DNA of 64,000 nucleotides, taken from IMG/VR virus record IMGVR_UViG_3300028920_000023. The stretch is one strand, 5' to 3'. This stretch comes from a virus (taxonomy: Duplodnaviria; Caudoviricetes). How positions within the stretch are numbered: the first letter of the stretch is position 1; every line of letters begins with the position of its first letter. Both the position numbers and the translations under genes were made by a program. Below, piece after piece: positions 10,302 through 20,341 of the stretch. The notes beneath the pieces are model-generated. The model did not search any database, had not been told where the DNA came from, and saw only the letters and a program-made list of their open reading frames with translations.

Positions 10302-11177
10302 TATCCTCTTCCAATAATAAGTAATCTCGTACGAATCAGGATTCCTACTCTTCGCCTTCTTAAATAAAACGTTAAGACGAGTATTATAATAATACTCACC
10401 ACGAAACGTAGACGCATCAGGCTCATAAGAAGAAAAAGAAGCCTGCGCACCACCCAACAACTCAATCAAATGCATAGAATTACCACCAGAACTCCTCTCA
10501 CCACTAACCTCAGACAACTTCTCATAAAAACGCTCAGTATTCCTAAACACCTTCTTAATACTAGGAACACCAACCTCACCAGGACCAATACCCTCAGGCC
10601 TAATAATCTGATCAATAACTAACGTAGGAGAACCAACCGCCTCTCCAGACGAAATACCAGAAGGACTAACCAAACCCTCAGAAACAACAATAGGAGTACC
10701 AAAAGCCTCACCAGAAGAAATACCGGAAACATCAACATAATCAGTACGATGAATAGTAGGCTCACCAAAAGCCCCACCAGACCCAATACCAACCGCAATA
10801 ACCAAACTCTCCGGAAGAACCTCTAGAGAACCAAAAGCCTCAGCCGAATCAATACCAACAACCTCAATAATCTGATCACGAACAACAGACGGCCTTCCCA
10901 CCTGGCCGGGACCAATACCAAAAACATCAATACTAACATTACCCTGTGGCTGTATCCTATATCCAAGAGGAGTCATAAAACCCTGAATACCAGAAGTAAC
11001 ATCCGCATCAGGATTATAAATAGGACCTAAGACGTCAATATTATGTTGACCAATAACTACAGAACTGCCGCCGGGAAAATCGTAAGCGAGCGTAATATCA
11101 TCAACATGAACAACGCCCAACGCCGGGCCAACAGCATCGACCGCAGAAGTTGGCCCCCGCGCAGATAACCCAGCCAT
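10290..11177 (-). CDS. Virion structural protein with GI(S/G)SxEA(F/V)G(S/T)P repeats
   Basis: About 5 imperfect repeats (GIDSAEAFGSL, GIGSGGAFGEP, GISSGEAFGTP, GISSGEAVGSP), typical of phage minor tail proteins; stop/start coupled to the upstream gene. Confidence 0.6.
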   Translation of the reverse strand: MAGLSARGPTSAVDAVGPALGVVHVDDITLAYDFPGGSSVVIGQHNIDVLGPIYNPDADVTSGIQGFMTPLGYRIQPQGNVSIDVFGIGPGQVGRPSVVRDQIIEVVGIDSAEAFGSLEVLPESLVIAVGIGSGGAFGEPTIHRTDYVDVSGISSGEAFGTPIVVSEGLVSPSGISSGEAVGSPTLVIDQIIRPEGIGPGEVGVPSIKKVFRNTERFYEKLSEVSGERSSGGNSMHLIELLGGAQASFSSYEPDASTFRGEYYYNTRLNVLFKKAKSRNPDSYEITYYWKRISGL

Positions 11178-12838
11178 TAGACAACCTCTGGTTTAGGATC
11201 AATGTATAAGAAAGCCCCAGCCTTCCTCTTCGTAAGATGCACACGAACAGGAACAATGCCGGATTGACCAGGAGTAATAGGAAGTTCCAATTTGAAAGGA
11301 GTAAGGCCAGAATCACCAACCCAAGAAGAACCATCAGTTAACAGATCAACAGCAACCTTCGACGATGCAAACTCCCTAGTACCACCAGAAACTTCAGACA
11401 AGTAATCCGTCTCCAAATAAAGATCATCCTGTAAAGGAGGGTCCCCACCATAATTCTTATAAGCACCATATACAACAATAGTAGAAGCAGAAGCAGGAAC
11501 ACTAGCATAAATCGTCTCTAAACCATGAATAAACGGAATCAAACCGAAATAATTATTAGGATCATCAACATCCCCAGAATCCATATCATATTTAAGAGAA
11601 TAAGACTCGCCACCAGTCCGATTCACACTGTTCGTGGAAACAGTACCCTTCGAACCAAAAAACGACCAACTTCCAACAACACCACCAATATCACCAACAA
11701 AAGCACCAAACTCATTCGTACCAAACATCGTACCAACAGACTCAACATTCTGCACAAAATAATGTTGGCCAACACCAGCACTAAAATTAGACACAGAATT
11801 AGTGGCAAACGAGAAATTAGAACCAGTAATAATCACGCCAGCTGAAGACTCAATAGCATAATCAGAATTAACCGCCTGTGTGAAATTTTTAAAATGAATA
11901 ATAGAGCCATGAGTATCCGAATCACTAAGATCAATCTTCCTACAGGAAACAACATCAAGATTATAAATAAACGCCTTACAATCTAATTCCAATATTATAT
12001 TCGAGGTTGATGTGGAAGTAGAAGCATCCGACATAACGCAATCGGCCATATAAACCACAGCAACCAAATTAGTACTTCTGAACATCACCTCAGCCATGGA
12101 AGTATGTTCAGATTCCAAAATACAATTTATGAAATAATATCTTCCTCCACCAGATATTAGCATCTCCCTACCATAAGTATTATCATCGCCAATTTGAACA
12201 ATAGTACAATCCTTGAATACAATCTCGCCAGATGAAGCAATACTATAAACAAAAGCAGAACTGCTAGTAGAGCCAGTCCTCTCCAGAATGCAACTATAAA
12301 AACGAACATCACCGCCAGTAATACGAACAGCACCATCGTAAGTAGCATCCGTATGGAAATAACAATTATAATAAGTAGAATCAATATCTATTATAATATT
12401 CTCAATAGAACTACCTGTGCCAGTACCGCTCACCTCTATTCTATGAAATTCCTGGGAAATACCAGTCTCAACATTCAACAATTGGCCATTAAAACCATCA
12501 GATTCTACGACAGCATATTCGCCGGGATCATCATCCCATAAGGCCCTGGCAACTGCCGGTCTAGTCGCATAGTAGATGTCATCATCTTGATCTGTCCCGG
12601 AAGTGCCACCTGTAGAAGCACCAACAGGCCAACCGACATAAGTCACCCCAACATCAGTGAGCGTTTGTGCCGACGATACAGTAAGCGTTTTGCGTCTAAT
12701 CCATACGAAATCACCATTGTTAAATGATTTTCCGAAGATCGTATTATACGCGCCAGGTTGTCCACCACCGGAAGCCTGGGAAGGAGAAGTGCCATCGCCA
12801 TCGAAAGTGGCACTAAAGTCCACAAAATGATTAGCCAT
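11177..12838 (-). CDS. Virion structural protein, possible beta-helix tail spike
   Basis: 553 aa, Ser/Thr/Gly/Asn-rich with repeated short beta-strand patterns (CYFH, CILE, CTIV, CVMS); N-terminus MANHFVDFSATFDGDG. Confidence 0.55.
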   Translation of the reverse strand: MANHFVDFSATFDGDGTSPSQASGGGQPGAYNTIFGKSFNNGDFVWIRRKTLTVSSAQTLTDVGVTYVGWPVGASTGGTSGTDQDDDIYYATRPAVARALWDDDPGEYAVVESDGFNGQLLNVETGISQEFHRIEVSGTGTGSSIENIIIDIDSTYYNCYFHTDATYDGAVRITGGDVRFYSCILERTGSTSSSAFVYSIASSGEIVFKDCTIVQIGDDNTYGREMLISGGGRYYFINCILESEHTSMAEVMFRSTNLVAVVYMADCVMSDASTSTSTSNIILELDCKAFIYNLDVVSCRKIDLSDSDTHGSIIHFKNFTQAVNSDYAIESSAGVIITGSNFSFATNSVSNFSAGVGQHYFVQNVESVGTMFGTNEFGAFVGDIGGVVGSWSFFGSKGTVSTNSVNRTGGESYSLKYDMDSGDVDDPNNYFGLIPFIHGLETIYASVPASASTIVVYGAYKNYGGDPPLQDDLYLETDYLSEVSGGTREFASSKVAVDLLTDGSSWVGDSGLTPFKLELPITPGQSGIVPVRVHLTKRKAGAFLYIDPKPEVV

Positions 12839-12853
12839 CCCAATCTCCCTGGC

Positions 12854-13258
12854 TTAAAGCTTGAAAATACGATTAACTCCGGAATCCCACCGCACTTCCA
12901 CATCACCGCCACTCGGGGTGAACGGAAGCCCTGACGCCGTATCTATAAACGCAATCAACGGGGAAGTACCCTCAACCCCAGTATCCTTATATAATACAAT
13001 CGCAACTACCTCAGAACCGGTGACAGATGTAATGGTTTCATCAGCAGCATCTGCCACACCATCTGTGGTCGTCTTAGCTGAAAGATTAGCTGATGTATCG
13101 ACCCTATTGCCGGCTACAATATCACTCAGGAATTCATCATTCGCAAGGTCTTCCGAATATCCGGAAGTCACCAATACGAACTTAATACTATCACCGGACC
13201 AATCCAGAGACCCCTCTAGGAATTTCTGTCTGGCTTTGTCGTATAATGCATTGGCCAT
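12854..13258 (-). CDS. Conserved small phage virion/tail protein
   Basis: MANALYDKARQKFLEGSLDW...DGVADAAD...VLYKDTG...LIAFIDTASGLPFTPSGGDV, a recognisable widespread phage structural family; GAGGAG RBS. Confidence 0.7.
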   Translation of the reverse strand: MANALYDKARQKFLEGSLDWSGDSIKFVLVTSGYSEDLANDEFLSDIVAGNRVDTSANLSAKTTTDGVADAADETITSVTGSEVVAIVLYKDTGVEGTSPLIAFIDTASGLPFTPSGGDVEVRWDSGVNRIFKL

Positions 13259-13302
13259 GAAAAATCTCCTCAGATTAGCGCGCTATTTTTAATTTTGACT
13301 CT

Positions 13303-15240
13303 TCAAGAAAGATTTCTATACTTAGATATCAGAGCATTATGCCTATCACGAACCCTCTTAGACATATTCTGAGAACATAAAGACTTCTCAATTTCTTTAT
13401 TCTTATCATGCAAAGAAATCCAACCATGCGTACGACCATGATGCAAATGAATCAAATCAATAGTTCTCTCATTACAAAATTCACAATTTTTAGATAATCT
13501 ATCAAAAAATTCCGTATCCTCATTTCCATATCCAACAAAAGACTCACAAAAGCCACCAATCTTAATAAAAACGTCACGTCTAACCGCTAAGGAACCACCC
13601 TCAAAATAACTTACAGAACGATCCATCCTCAATGAATCATTAACCTTCCCCTCACTGTGCACTCTATTCGTGGAAGGACGATCCATATACAGAACAGACT
13701 TCCCCACATGTGCAGCTTCAAAATTATCCAACAATCTAGACATCGTACTAGTATAACTAGCATGTACCAACATATCCGCATCATGTAAAATAATCTTATT
13801 CTGAGTAGACAACGAAAAACCATAATTAAAAGCCAAAGCCTTCGTGAAAGGCTGCTTTGGACTAGAGCCCCTCACCAACACCTTCCTAATACTAGCAAAC
13901 TCCGGACAAGACACCCTAGCAACATCATCCTGCTCAACAAAAATAATCTCAATAAACGGATACCTCTGCGCCTTAATATTCAGCAAAACATCCCTAATGC
14001 AAGCCGCCCTATCTTGTTCCCTGCTCTGAAAAGGGACAATATAGGTGACCCCAGGCACCTTGCTGGCGTCCCCCTGCTCCACACGAATCCTGCCCGCATT
14101 ACCAGACACATCATTAAAATAACCACGAGCCCTATTAAGATGCTTACCTCTCTCCTCAGTCGAAGAAGCTTCACCATGAATCTTAAAAAATTTCTCACTA
14201 CCAACAACATCATGATAACCACGAGGCTGAATACCAGATCTAGACACCCTCTGCGACCAATCCACATGCTCCATACCATAAACACCAAACTTCTCATCAA
14301 AATAACCAACCTTGTCAAACGCCACATGATCCAAAGCCATCACCGCACCATGTGGCTTAGCATTAATAGTCTGAATCTTAATACCATCAATATTCTTAAA
14401 AGTTCCCTCCGAATCTTTAGCACCATAAACACCATTCTGACGCATACAAAAATGATGATACTTCGTAATCTTCATAGCATTCACATAAAAACCAGCCCAC
14501 CCATCCCTCAATACCTCAACATCATCATTCAAAAGAATCTTATAAGTAAACCTACTCAAACACTGCAATAACCTATTCGCATTCCCAGCAATACCGATCC
14601 TATTATCATTCTTAAGGACCGTAATGCCCTTAACCGTGCTAAGATAATTCTTAACATCAGGCTGAGTAGACTCATCACTAACAATAACGGTAACCCTAGA
14701 CAAATCCGTATGCTTTTGTATCGAATTCAGCAATCTACGGATCGTATGCAATCTGTTATAACTAAGAATACCAACACCAATATCATTCGAGACAGGAACA
14801 GTAACTTTAGAAATCAATTGCTTATAATAATTAGTTGATTCAGAAGCCCTAGCCAACGTAGAACCAACAATCCTACGCTGCTTAGTAGCCCTCCTTAGAC
14901 TCCCAATATCCGGTTTTTTCGACCCAGACCTAGCAGAAGTAGCTTCCTTCTTAATATTCAACAGATATTGCCGCTTCTCGCGTTTCTGCTGTCTCCTCTT
15001 CTCTAAAATAGCTCTCCTATTCTGTACATTCCCAGCAGCCTGTACAACCTCGTTCTTTACAGGCTTATTCTTAACCTGTTTATCATTAATACGAAGATAC
15101 CTAGGAACATACCTAGTAAAATACTTTGGAAGATATTTCTTTTCATTCTTGCCAAACTGTATTGGTTTGGCATCCGGAGGTGGTCCGGTTAATGTTATAA
15201 TCCTATTGTGAATATTCGCAAACTCAAAGTACTCACTCAT
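13303..15240 (-). CDS. Two-domain glycosyltransferase (GT2 plus C-terminal GT2/GT7-like domain) with basic N-terminal extension
   Basis: IGILSYNR...LLNDDVE (GT2); second domain IVPF...LHDADML...FIKIGGFCESFVGYGNEDTEF. Confidence 0.85.
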   Translation of the reverse strand: MSEYFEFANIHNRIITLTGPPPDAKPIQFGKNEKKYLPKYFTRYVPRYLRINDKQVKNKPVKNEVVQAAGNVQNRRAILEKRRQQKREKRQYLLNIKKEATSARSGSKKPDIGSLRRATKQRRIVGSTLARASESTNYYKQLISKVTVPVSNDIGVGILSYNRLHTIRRLLNSIQKHTDLSRVTVIVSDESTQPDVKNYLSTVKGITVLKNDNRIGIAGNANRLLQCLSRFTYKILLNDDVEVLRDGWAGFYVNAMKITKYHHFCMRQNGVYGAKDSEGTFKNIDGIKIQTINAKPHGAVMALDHVAFDKVGYFDEKFGVYGMEHVDWSQRVSRSGIQPRGYHDVVGSEKFFKIHGEASSTEERGKHLNRARGYFNDVSGNAGRIRVEQGDASKVPGVTYIVPFQSREQDRAACIRDVLLNIKAQRYPFIEIIFVEQDDVARVSCPEFASIRKVLVRGSSPKQPFTKALAFNYGFSLSTQNKIILHDADMLVHASYTSTMSRLLDNFEAAHVGKSVLYMDRPSTNRVHSEGKVNDSLRMDRSVSYFEGGSLAVRRDVFIKIGGFCESFVGYGNEDTEFFDRLSKNCEFCNERTIDLIHLHHGRTHGWISLHDKNKEIEKSLCSQNMSKRVRDRHNALISKYRNLS

Positions 15241-15757
15241 AAGCCATCCCGATGATTTCTCTCAAACCGGAAATATCCGGCTCATCATTATTATCTATGA
15301 CCAAACTGCCATCGGAAAACTCAGACAGTTGCGGCCGACTTATGCTAAACTTCTTTTTATATTTATCAATAACGGACTCTGGTAACCAATCTGCGCTAGC
15401 TCTTTCCTTACAAACAGACAGATCGGCATCTACCCACACATAAATGACCATCCTGTCATAATTCTTAGCCAATTGAAAATATGGCTTCATAGACAAATAA
15501 CTTGCACATGCAGTATCGTATAACACCACCGGATTATCCTTCTCCAAACATTCCTTCAATACATCCAGAGACACCTCCCACACATCTAAATTCTCTTCCC
15601 TCTTCTCACTCTCAGTTAATGTATCGTACTTATCACTACGAAACTTCTTAGGATCAATAACACACTCAGGAAATCCTTCCGTAGCTAATCTGGCTACGTG
15701 AGATTTCCCACAAAAAGGGTATCCAGCCATGAAAATGGCCAGTTTCACAGATGACAT
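15233..15757 (-). CDS. P-loop kinase (AAA_33 / polynucleotide kinase-like)
   Basis: GYPFCGKS Walker A, LYDTAC, CKER lid. Confidence 0.75.
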   Translation of the reverse strand: MSSVKLAIFMAGYPFCGKSHVARLATEGFPECVIDPKKFRSDKYDTLTESEKREENLDVWEVSLDVLKECLEKDNPVVLYDTACASYLSMKPYFQLAKNYDRMVIYVWVDADLSVCKERASADWLPESVIDKYKKKFSISRPQLSEFSDGSLVIDNNDEPDISGLREIIGMAYE

Positions 15758-15773
15758 AATAATCTCCTAATAT

Positions 15774-16067
15774 TTAACCAATTGCACACGAGTATTCAGG
15801 CTGTTCAGGCTGTTCCATATCATTATCAGACCGACCATTTGACTGCAATTGGTCAACCAACTCATCACTATAAACCCTCATAGACTCACAGAATATCGGC
15901 AATACATCATCCTCATCAATACTCAAGTCCTTAGCAATATACCTCTTGTTATAGCCCTGCGAAATCAAAGCACTAATATATTGGAAAATTTCTCCCGGAC
16001 TCATCCTAGAAGACAGAGGTTCATCAATAGATTTAGCTATTTCAACAACTTCTGCATTTTCACTCAT
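15774..16067 (-). CDS. Hypothetical protein, possible HTH
   Basis: SQGYNKRYIAKDLSIDEDDV resembles an HTH; stop/start coupled. Confidence 0.6.
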   Translation of the reverse strand: MSENAEVVEIAKSIDEPLSSRMSPGEIFQYISALISQGYNKRYIAKDLSIDEDDVLPIFCESMRVYSDELVDQLQSNGRSDNDMEQPEQPEYSCAIG

Positions 16068-16405
16068 AGCCCCATTTCCCCATAAGGGTGATCCATGCTA
16101 GTCGTGGCCGCATAGACAGACCTGTCATTAAAACCCTTCTGAGTCTTCTTCCTAGAATTCTTAGCATCAACAGTCTGCCAAACCTGGTCCATAGTGTTTA
16201 CTTGCTTCCGTTTAAGATCAGATTTCTTATTCTCATCTACCTTATTCCTAGGACGATCCTTCTCCGGAGTAAGGACAGACAAATAACCATCATCCTCCAA
16301 TCTCTTGCTTTTCCATCTTTTCTTTTGAGGTTTACCGAAAGACCCACCAGGACCAATATCAACAGATCCAGTAGTTAATGATTCATGTAACAGACTTAAT
16401 TTCAC
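16064..16405 (-). CDS. Hypothetical basic protein
   Basis: GTG start (MKLSLLHES...) inside the upstream gene end; ORF track extends to 16438. Confidence 0.6.
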   Translation of the reverse strand: MKLSLLHESLTTGSVDIGPGGSFGKPQKKRWKSKRLEDDGYLSVLTPEKDRPRNKVDENKKSDLKRKQVNTMDQVWQTVDAKNSRKKTQKGFNDRSVYAATTSMDHPYGEMGL

Positions 16406-16964
16406 GGCGAATAACCCCATACATAGGAACAAGAACATCTTCTCTATTCATAAGTTTGAATTTAGAAGGCTTCAATACCACATCACCGGAATAATCCCCA
16501 ATACCATCACAAAGCATCTTCCTATTGTCCTCATCCAAAACCAGCGGCTTCCCAATTTGCTTCTGAACAGGAATTCTCTTACCCATAAAATCCTGCAACC
16601 ACCCAGGACCACAATACTTATTCATATCCCATCGAATATCAACAAGCAAAATATCACTAGAACACGAAAAATACAAGATACACTTATCAATATTAATAGC
16701 CGACAATATTGCCAAAGCACTCCTCATATAATCAGACATAATCTCATTAATATAATCAGACAAATCGCCCATACTATTAACATCAATAATATTACCAGAA
16801 AAATCAGATAACCTAATCCCAACATCCCCAGAATCTCTAACCACAGTAACGGCCACACCCTCATCAGGATATGCCTCTAGAACATAACAATAAACATTAT
16901 TCAATTCCTTAACATCTCTCAGATCATATAACCTATGATATGGAAGAGGATCGGGGATAATCAT
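16383..16964 (-). CDS. Hypothetical protein, possible degenerate ATP-dependent ligase/nucleotidyltransferase fold
   Basis: EAYPDEG...VGIRLSDFSG, LLVDI and DVVLKP loosely follow ligase motifs I, IIIa and IV, but the motif I Lys is absent. Confidence 0.55.
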   Translation of the reverse strand: MIIPDPLPYHRLYDLRDVKELNNVYCYVLEAYPDEGVAVTVVRDSGDVGIRLSDFSGNIIDVNSMGDLSDYINEIMSDYMRSALAILSAINIDKCILYFSCSSDILLVDIRWDMNKYCGPGWLQDFMGKRIPVQKQIGKPLVLDEDNRKMLCDGIGDYSGDVVLKPSKFKLMNREDVLVPMYGVIRREIKSVT

Positions 16965-17275
16965 GCTTTAAAATACCAAATATTATCTTGTTGAACATGA
17001 TACTCTCCTCTCGCCGAACTTTGTATTTTAGACATTTTTATTGCCCTAATGTTCTTGTCATAATCATTCTGATCCATAGTCATAAGTAGAGACGGAAAAG
17101 CTTCGGTCAGAACGAAGATCTCATTAACACCAATAGAACTGATTATACCAACCCACTTCCCGAACCATCCATACCAAAAAATCAAATCACCAACCCTAGG
17201 CTCCCACTTGTGCAACGGGGCATATCTGGCCAATTCCATCTCGGCTGATCGTGGAGAGATTCTTGATCCCGGCAT
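16961..17275 (-). CDS. Hypothetical protein (SH3-like pattern)
   Basis: PRVGDLIFW...VGII; coupled start and stop. Confidence 0.65.
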   Translation of the reverse strand: MPGSRISPRSAEMELARYAPLHKWEPRVGDLIFWYGWFGKWVGIISSIGVNEIFVLTEAFPSLLMTMDQNDYDKNIRAIKMSKIQSSARGEYHVQQDNIWYFKA

Positions 17276-17730
17276 TATTTCTCCACCCTAAAAACTTTTT
17301 TGGTATAGGGATCATACTCAAACGAACCTTCTTGCAGGTCCCATCTAATTCTAAGACCTTTTCTTTTACCACCAAGCCTATTTCGAATCAGATTATCTAC
17401 ATCGAATTTAAGACTATCGATATCCCAATTTACAAGATCTATAGGCTCGATAATCCCTTCTCTTTCTGCAGTTTTATATTCCTCAACCATCTTACTTAGG
17501 GCTTCTTTTCTTTTTTTGACCTTATCAAATCCAGTAATTAACATATCATGGAGACTAGCATCATTACTCTGGCCATTGACTTTATCGCCGTTTATACTTA
17601 CAGTAAACTCAACTTTACCAGAATTGTTTCTTCTAAAATTATCTAGGACTTTTTTGATGTCCGATAATGTCGATACCTCTATAGATGCGAATCGTTCTTC
17701 GAATTTTTTATTCTTCTGTTGAATCTTCAT
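17275..17730 (-). CDS. Hypothetical protein
   Basis: 151 aa ORF coupled to neighbours. Confidence 0.65.
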   Translation of the reverse strand: MKIQQKNKKFEERFASIEVSTLSDIKKVLDNFRRNNSGKVEFTVSINGDKVNGQSNDASLHDMLITGFDKVKKRKEALSKMVEEYKTAEREGIIEPIDLVNWDIDSLKFDVDNLIRNRLGGKRKGLRIRWDLQEGSFEYDPYTKKVFRVEK

Positions 17731-18091
17731 AACTCTCTAGGTCCTCATTCACATGGTGCACAACTAAATGCCATTCTCTCTTATACAACTTATGTACCAA
17801 ATTAGACAACCTATGGAGGGCTAAAGATCTAATTAAAACATCCACAACAAATACTAACACCGTATCGTAACCCAAAAAAGAAGAAACAAGCGAACCCTCC
17901 AGACACCAGCCAATAGAAAGGGCAGCCCAAACAGAAAAACAATAACCACACCTAGTCACAGCCCCAAAAGACCTTGGAAACTTATTAGTTAGAAATAATC
18001 TTATTCTAAAGAAAATATCGGACTCAGTTACAAGCTCCGTAACGGCCATAACATAGAACACAGCCAGAATCCAATGACTTGCAACGATCAT
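17708..18091 (-). CDS. Membrane protein, DUF1360-like
   Basis: Hydrophobic helices around CGYCFSVW (CxxCxSxW). Confidence 0.6.
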   Translation of the reverse strand: MIVASHWILAVFYVMAVTELVTESDIFFRIRLFLTNKFPRSFGAVTRCGYCFSVWAALSIGWCLEGSLVSSFLGYDTVLVFVVDVLIRSLALHRLSNLVHKLYKREWHLVVHHVNEDLESYEDSTEE

Positions 18092-18360
18092 ACCTTCACC
18101 CTATTCCTACAAATCCTATTCTGACAAATCCAAAACTTAATTAATTTCTTAATCGACGAATCATATCTACTTACCATCTTCATAGGTTTATTACATTTTG
18201 AACATGTCTTTGTTTCGTTTACTGCAAATGATCTTGTCTTTGGAGCTTTTTTCTTAATTATTATGGCTTTAGCCTTTGTAGTCTTAGGCTGTACACTATA
18301 TCCTCTTGATTTGTTTTTGTAGCTCCTAACTTTCCTAGAACCACCGCATCCACAGCCCAT
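18088..18360 (-). CDS. Small basic protein with MGCGCGG start and Zn-ribbon
   Basis: CSKC...CQNRIC; Lys-rich. Confidence 0.65.
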   Translation of the reverse strand: MGCGCGGSRKVRSYKNKSRGYSVQPKTTKAKAIIIKKKAPKTRSFAVNETKTCSKCNKPMKMVSRYDSSIKKLIKFWICQNRICRNRVKV

Positions 18361-18371
18361 ATTAAGCCCTC

Positions 18372-19031
18372 CTATGGATCAGACTCGTGTATAATAAATT
18401 TTTCGCATTCAGATATAGACCAATCCGGCATATTAAAGAAACTATCCTTATCACAATTCTCAGAAATAAGTTTCCAATTAACAATACAAGGAATAGGAAA
18501 ACTAACAAAATATTTCTGATACGTCGTCTTAGTACCCTTTTTCTTACTACCCGTAGATTTAATCATCTTCAACCAAAACGGCTTCCGATACACCTCCAGC
18601 ACAGTCAAGGGCATATCCTGAGGATAACCAATATGTTGTAAGACAGCATAGGACATAGCAACGAAATCATTACCAACAGTTCCAGCACTAGCTCCAACCT
18701 TAAAACCCAAAAAAGGCAGTAACTGATTAGTCTTAGCATCCAAACAGGTCTGGAACCACCACTTCGTAAACTCAGCCGATTCAGGTCTGGTATTAAGCAA
18801 AGCAAGCTGAAAATCGTCTGGTCTATTCTTGGACTCTAAGCAGAATATAAAATCCTGGTTATCACAGATAACATCACCACAAAACTTATGTTCAGCAATC
18901 ACTACGCCACCTTGCTTATTAAAACCTCCGCTAGACGGAGTCTTCCTGAATTTCTCACCAGTGAAATCGGACAGCAATGAAGCCCATCTGCGTTCTCCAT
19001 AATTACCCTTGCTCTTGGATTTATTAGCCAT
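18372..19031 (-). CDS. Holliday junction resolvase-like PD-(D/E)XK nuclease
   Basis: SKSKGNYGER...PSSGG...GDV...LESKN; AGGAGA RBS. Confidence 0.75.
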   Translation of the reverse strand: MANKSKSKGNYGERRWASLLSDFTGEKFRKTPSSGGFNKQGGVVIAEHKFCGDVICDNQDFIFCLESKNRPDDFQLALLNTRPESAEFTKWWFQTCLDAKTNQLLPFLGFKVGASAGTVGNDFVAMSYAVLQHIGYPQDMPLTVLEVYRKPFWLKMIKSTGSKKKGTKTTYQKYFVSFPIPCIVNWKLISENCDKDSFFNMPDWSISECEKFIIHESDP

Positions 19032-19046
19032 TATATTCTCCTAGAA

Positions 19047-19071
19047 AAACGCCCGCTTTGCGCGGGCGTTT
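19047..19071 (-). terminator. Rho-independent terminator
   Basis: 10 bp perfect inverted repeat AAACGCCCGC/GCGGGCGTTT, followed by a T-run on the minus strand downstream of the 19107 gene. Confidence 0.75.
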
Positions 19072-19106
19072 GATTTACTATATCTACTTACTAAAAATAA
19101 TTCTGT

Positions 19107-19652
19107 TTATGTCGACGGCTTAATCCATATGTTCGGCTTCCCAAGAGCTGCTCTGGTATCGCCGGTGTAGATGTTGGCCGCCTTCTCTAGTCCAGTAAGA
19201 AAAGCCATTATATAATCTATTTGTTGTTCAGTAAGCTTCTCATTCACATCTGGCGTAGGGAGATACACATCGAGGACAGCCGCTGCGGCAACTATCGCAT
19301 CCAGCGCTTCTTGAGGTAAATTTTTAAACAATGACGAATTGACAAACTCTTGTATTTCCTGAGATGATTTAAGTTTCCCATCACCTTGTATCCAAGGTTT
19401 TATTTGTTCCGAAATGTTCTTAGCTAATTTAGTAGCAGCTTCCTTGCAAGCAGCAGGATCAGCATCATTCCATTTCTTGAATCCATATTCAGCAGCTTTC
19501 ATAACCCCTATCTGGATTCCCAGCACTATTTCTTCGTGATGCTTCTTGATAATATCTGATGCATTATCCCCACATCCAACCAATAAAGCCGGGGGCAATA
19601 CTATAAAGAAACATAATGAGCAAAGCACAAGTGCCTTTCCAAGTCTGTTCAT
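19107..19652 (-). CDS. Putative lipoprotein
   Basis: Signal peptide with LLVGC lipobox; AGGAGA RBS. Confidence 0.65.
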   Translation of the reverse strand: MNRLGKALVLCSLCFFIVLPPALLVGCGDNASDIIKKHHEEIVLGIQIGVMKAAEYGFKKWNDADPAACKEAATKLAKNISEQIKPWIQGDGKLKSSQEIQEFVNSSLFKNLPQEALDAIVAAAAVLDVYLPTPDVNEKLTEQQIDYIMAFLTGLEKAANIYTGDTRAALGKPNIWIKPST

Positions 19653-19663
19653 CGTCTTCTCCT

Positions 19664-20077
19664 TTATCTGACGACCGTACTTAACAACCCGAGAGCAACA
19701 TTAGTACCCAATCGTTTTGCCAAATCCACCCAAAATCTTCTTACTTCCTGTATCTTCTTAGCATATTGGTCCATTTGTATCGCTGTTACTTTGGACATTT
19801 CCACTAGCTCATCCGTATCAATCTTAGAATAGAGTTCCTCCAGAGCATCTAAATCTTCGCCCTTTGACTTATGTATCAAGAAAAGCTGGAAGGTCTCAAA
19901 TCCCACAGAAAGCAAATGGCATTGATTATTCTTGATGAAATCGACAGTATCTGCAGTAATGGTAGTTACGATTTCTTCTCCAGACGGCAAATTAAAGGTC
20001 AGTTTGCCATCGTCAGATAGGGCTTGGTCAAGCACCTGCAATAAGTTTACGACCCATCCTCTTTCTGATGTAGACAT
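19664..20077 (-). CDS. Hypothetical protein
   Basis: 137 aa ORF with AGGTGA RBS; amphipathic C-terminus. Confidence 0.65.
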   Translation of the reverse strand: MSTSERGWVVNLLQVLDQALSDDGKLTFNLPSGEEIVTTITADTVDFIKNNQCHLLSVGFETFQLFLIHKSKGEDLDALEELYSKIDTDELVEMSKVTAIQMDQYAKKIQEVRRFWVDLAKRLGTNVALGLLSTVVR

Positions 20078-20080
20078 TAA

Positions 20081-20341
20081 TCACCTATCTGGTTTGTCTA
20101 TATCGACTTCCGACAACGTCTTATCAGGCTTCCAATTAGTGATTTCCCTATCTAATGCCTGGTAAGTCAGGGCAGCATTCCTGATCATTTGTTGTTCTTG
20201 TTGTCGGTTTGTCTTACCTTCATCCATTCTTTTGGAAAATTCTCTATAGATAACGTGTTGGTTCCTAATGTTTCTTACTGTTTCTTTGGATACGCTTTTA
20301 CAGCCAGGTAGCAATAATATAAGTAGGACTACGTACCTCAT
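20081..20341 (-). CDS. Small putative lipoprotein
   Basis: MRYVVLLILLLPGC lipobox-like start. Confidence 0.6.
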   Translation of the reverse strand: MRYVVLLILLLPGCKSVSKETVRNIRNQHVIYREFSKRMDEGKTNRQQEQQMIRNAALTYQALDREITNWKPDKTLSEVDIDKPDR

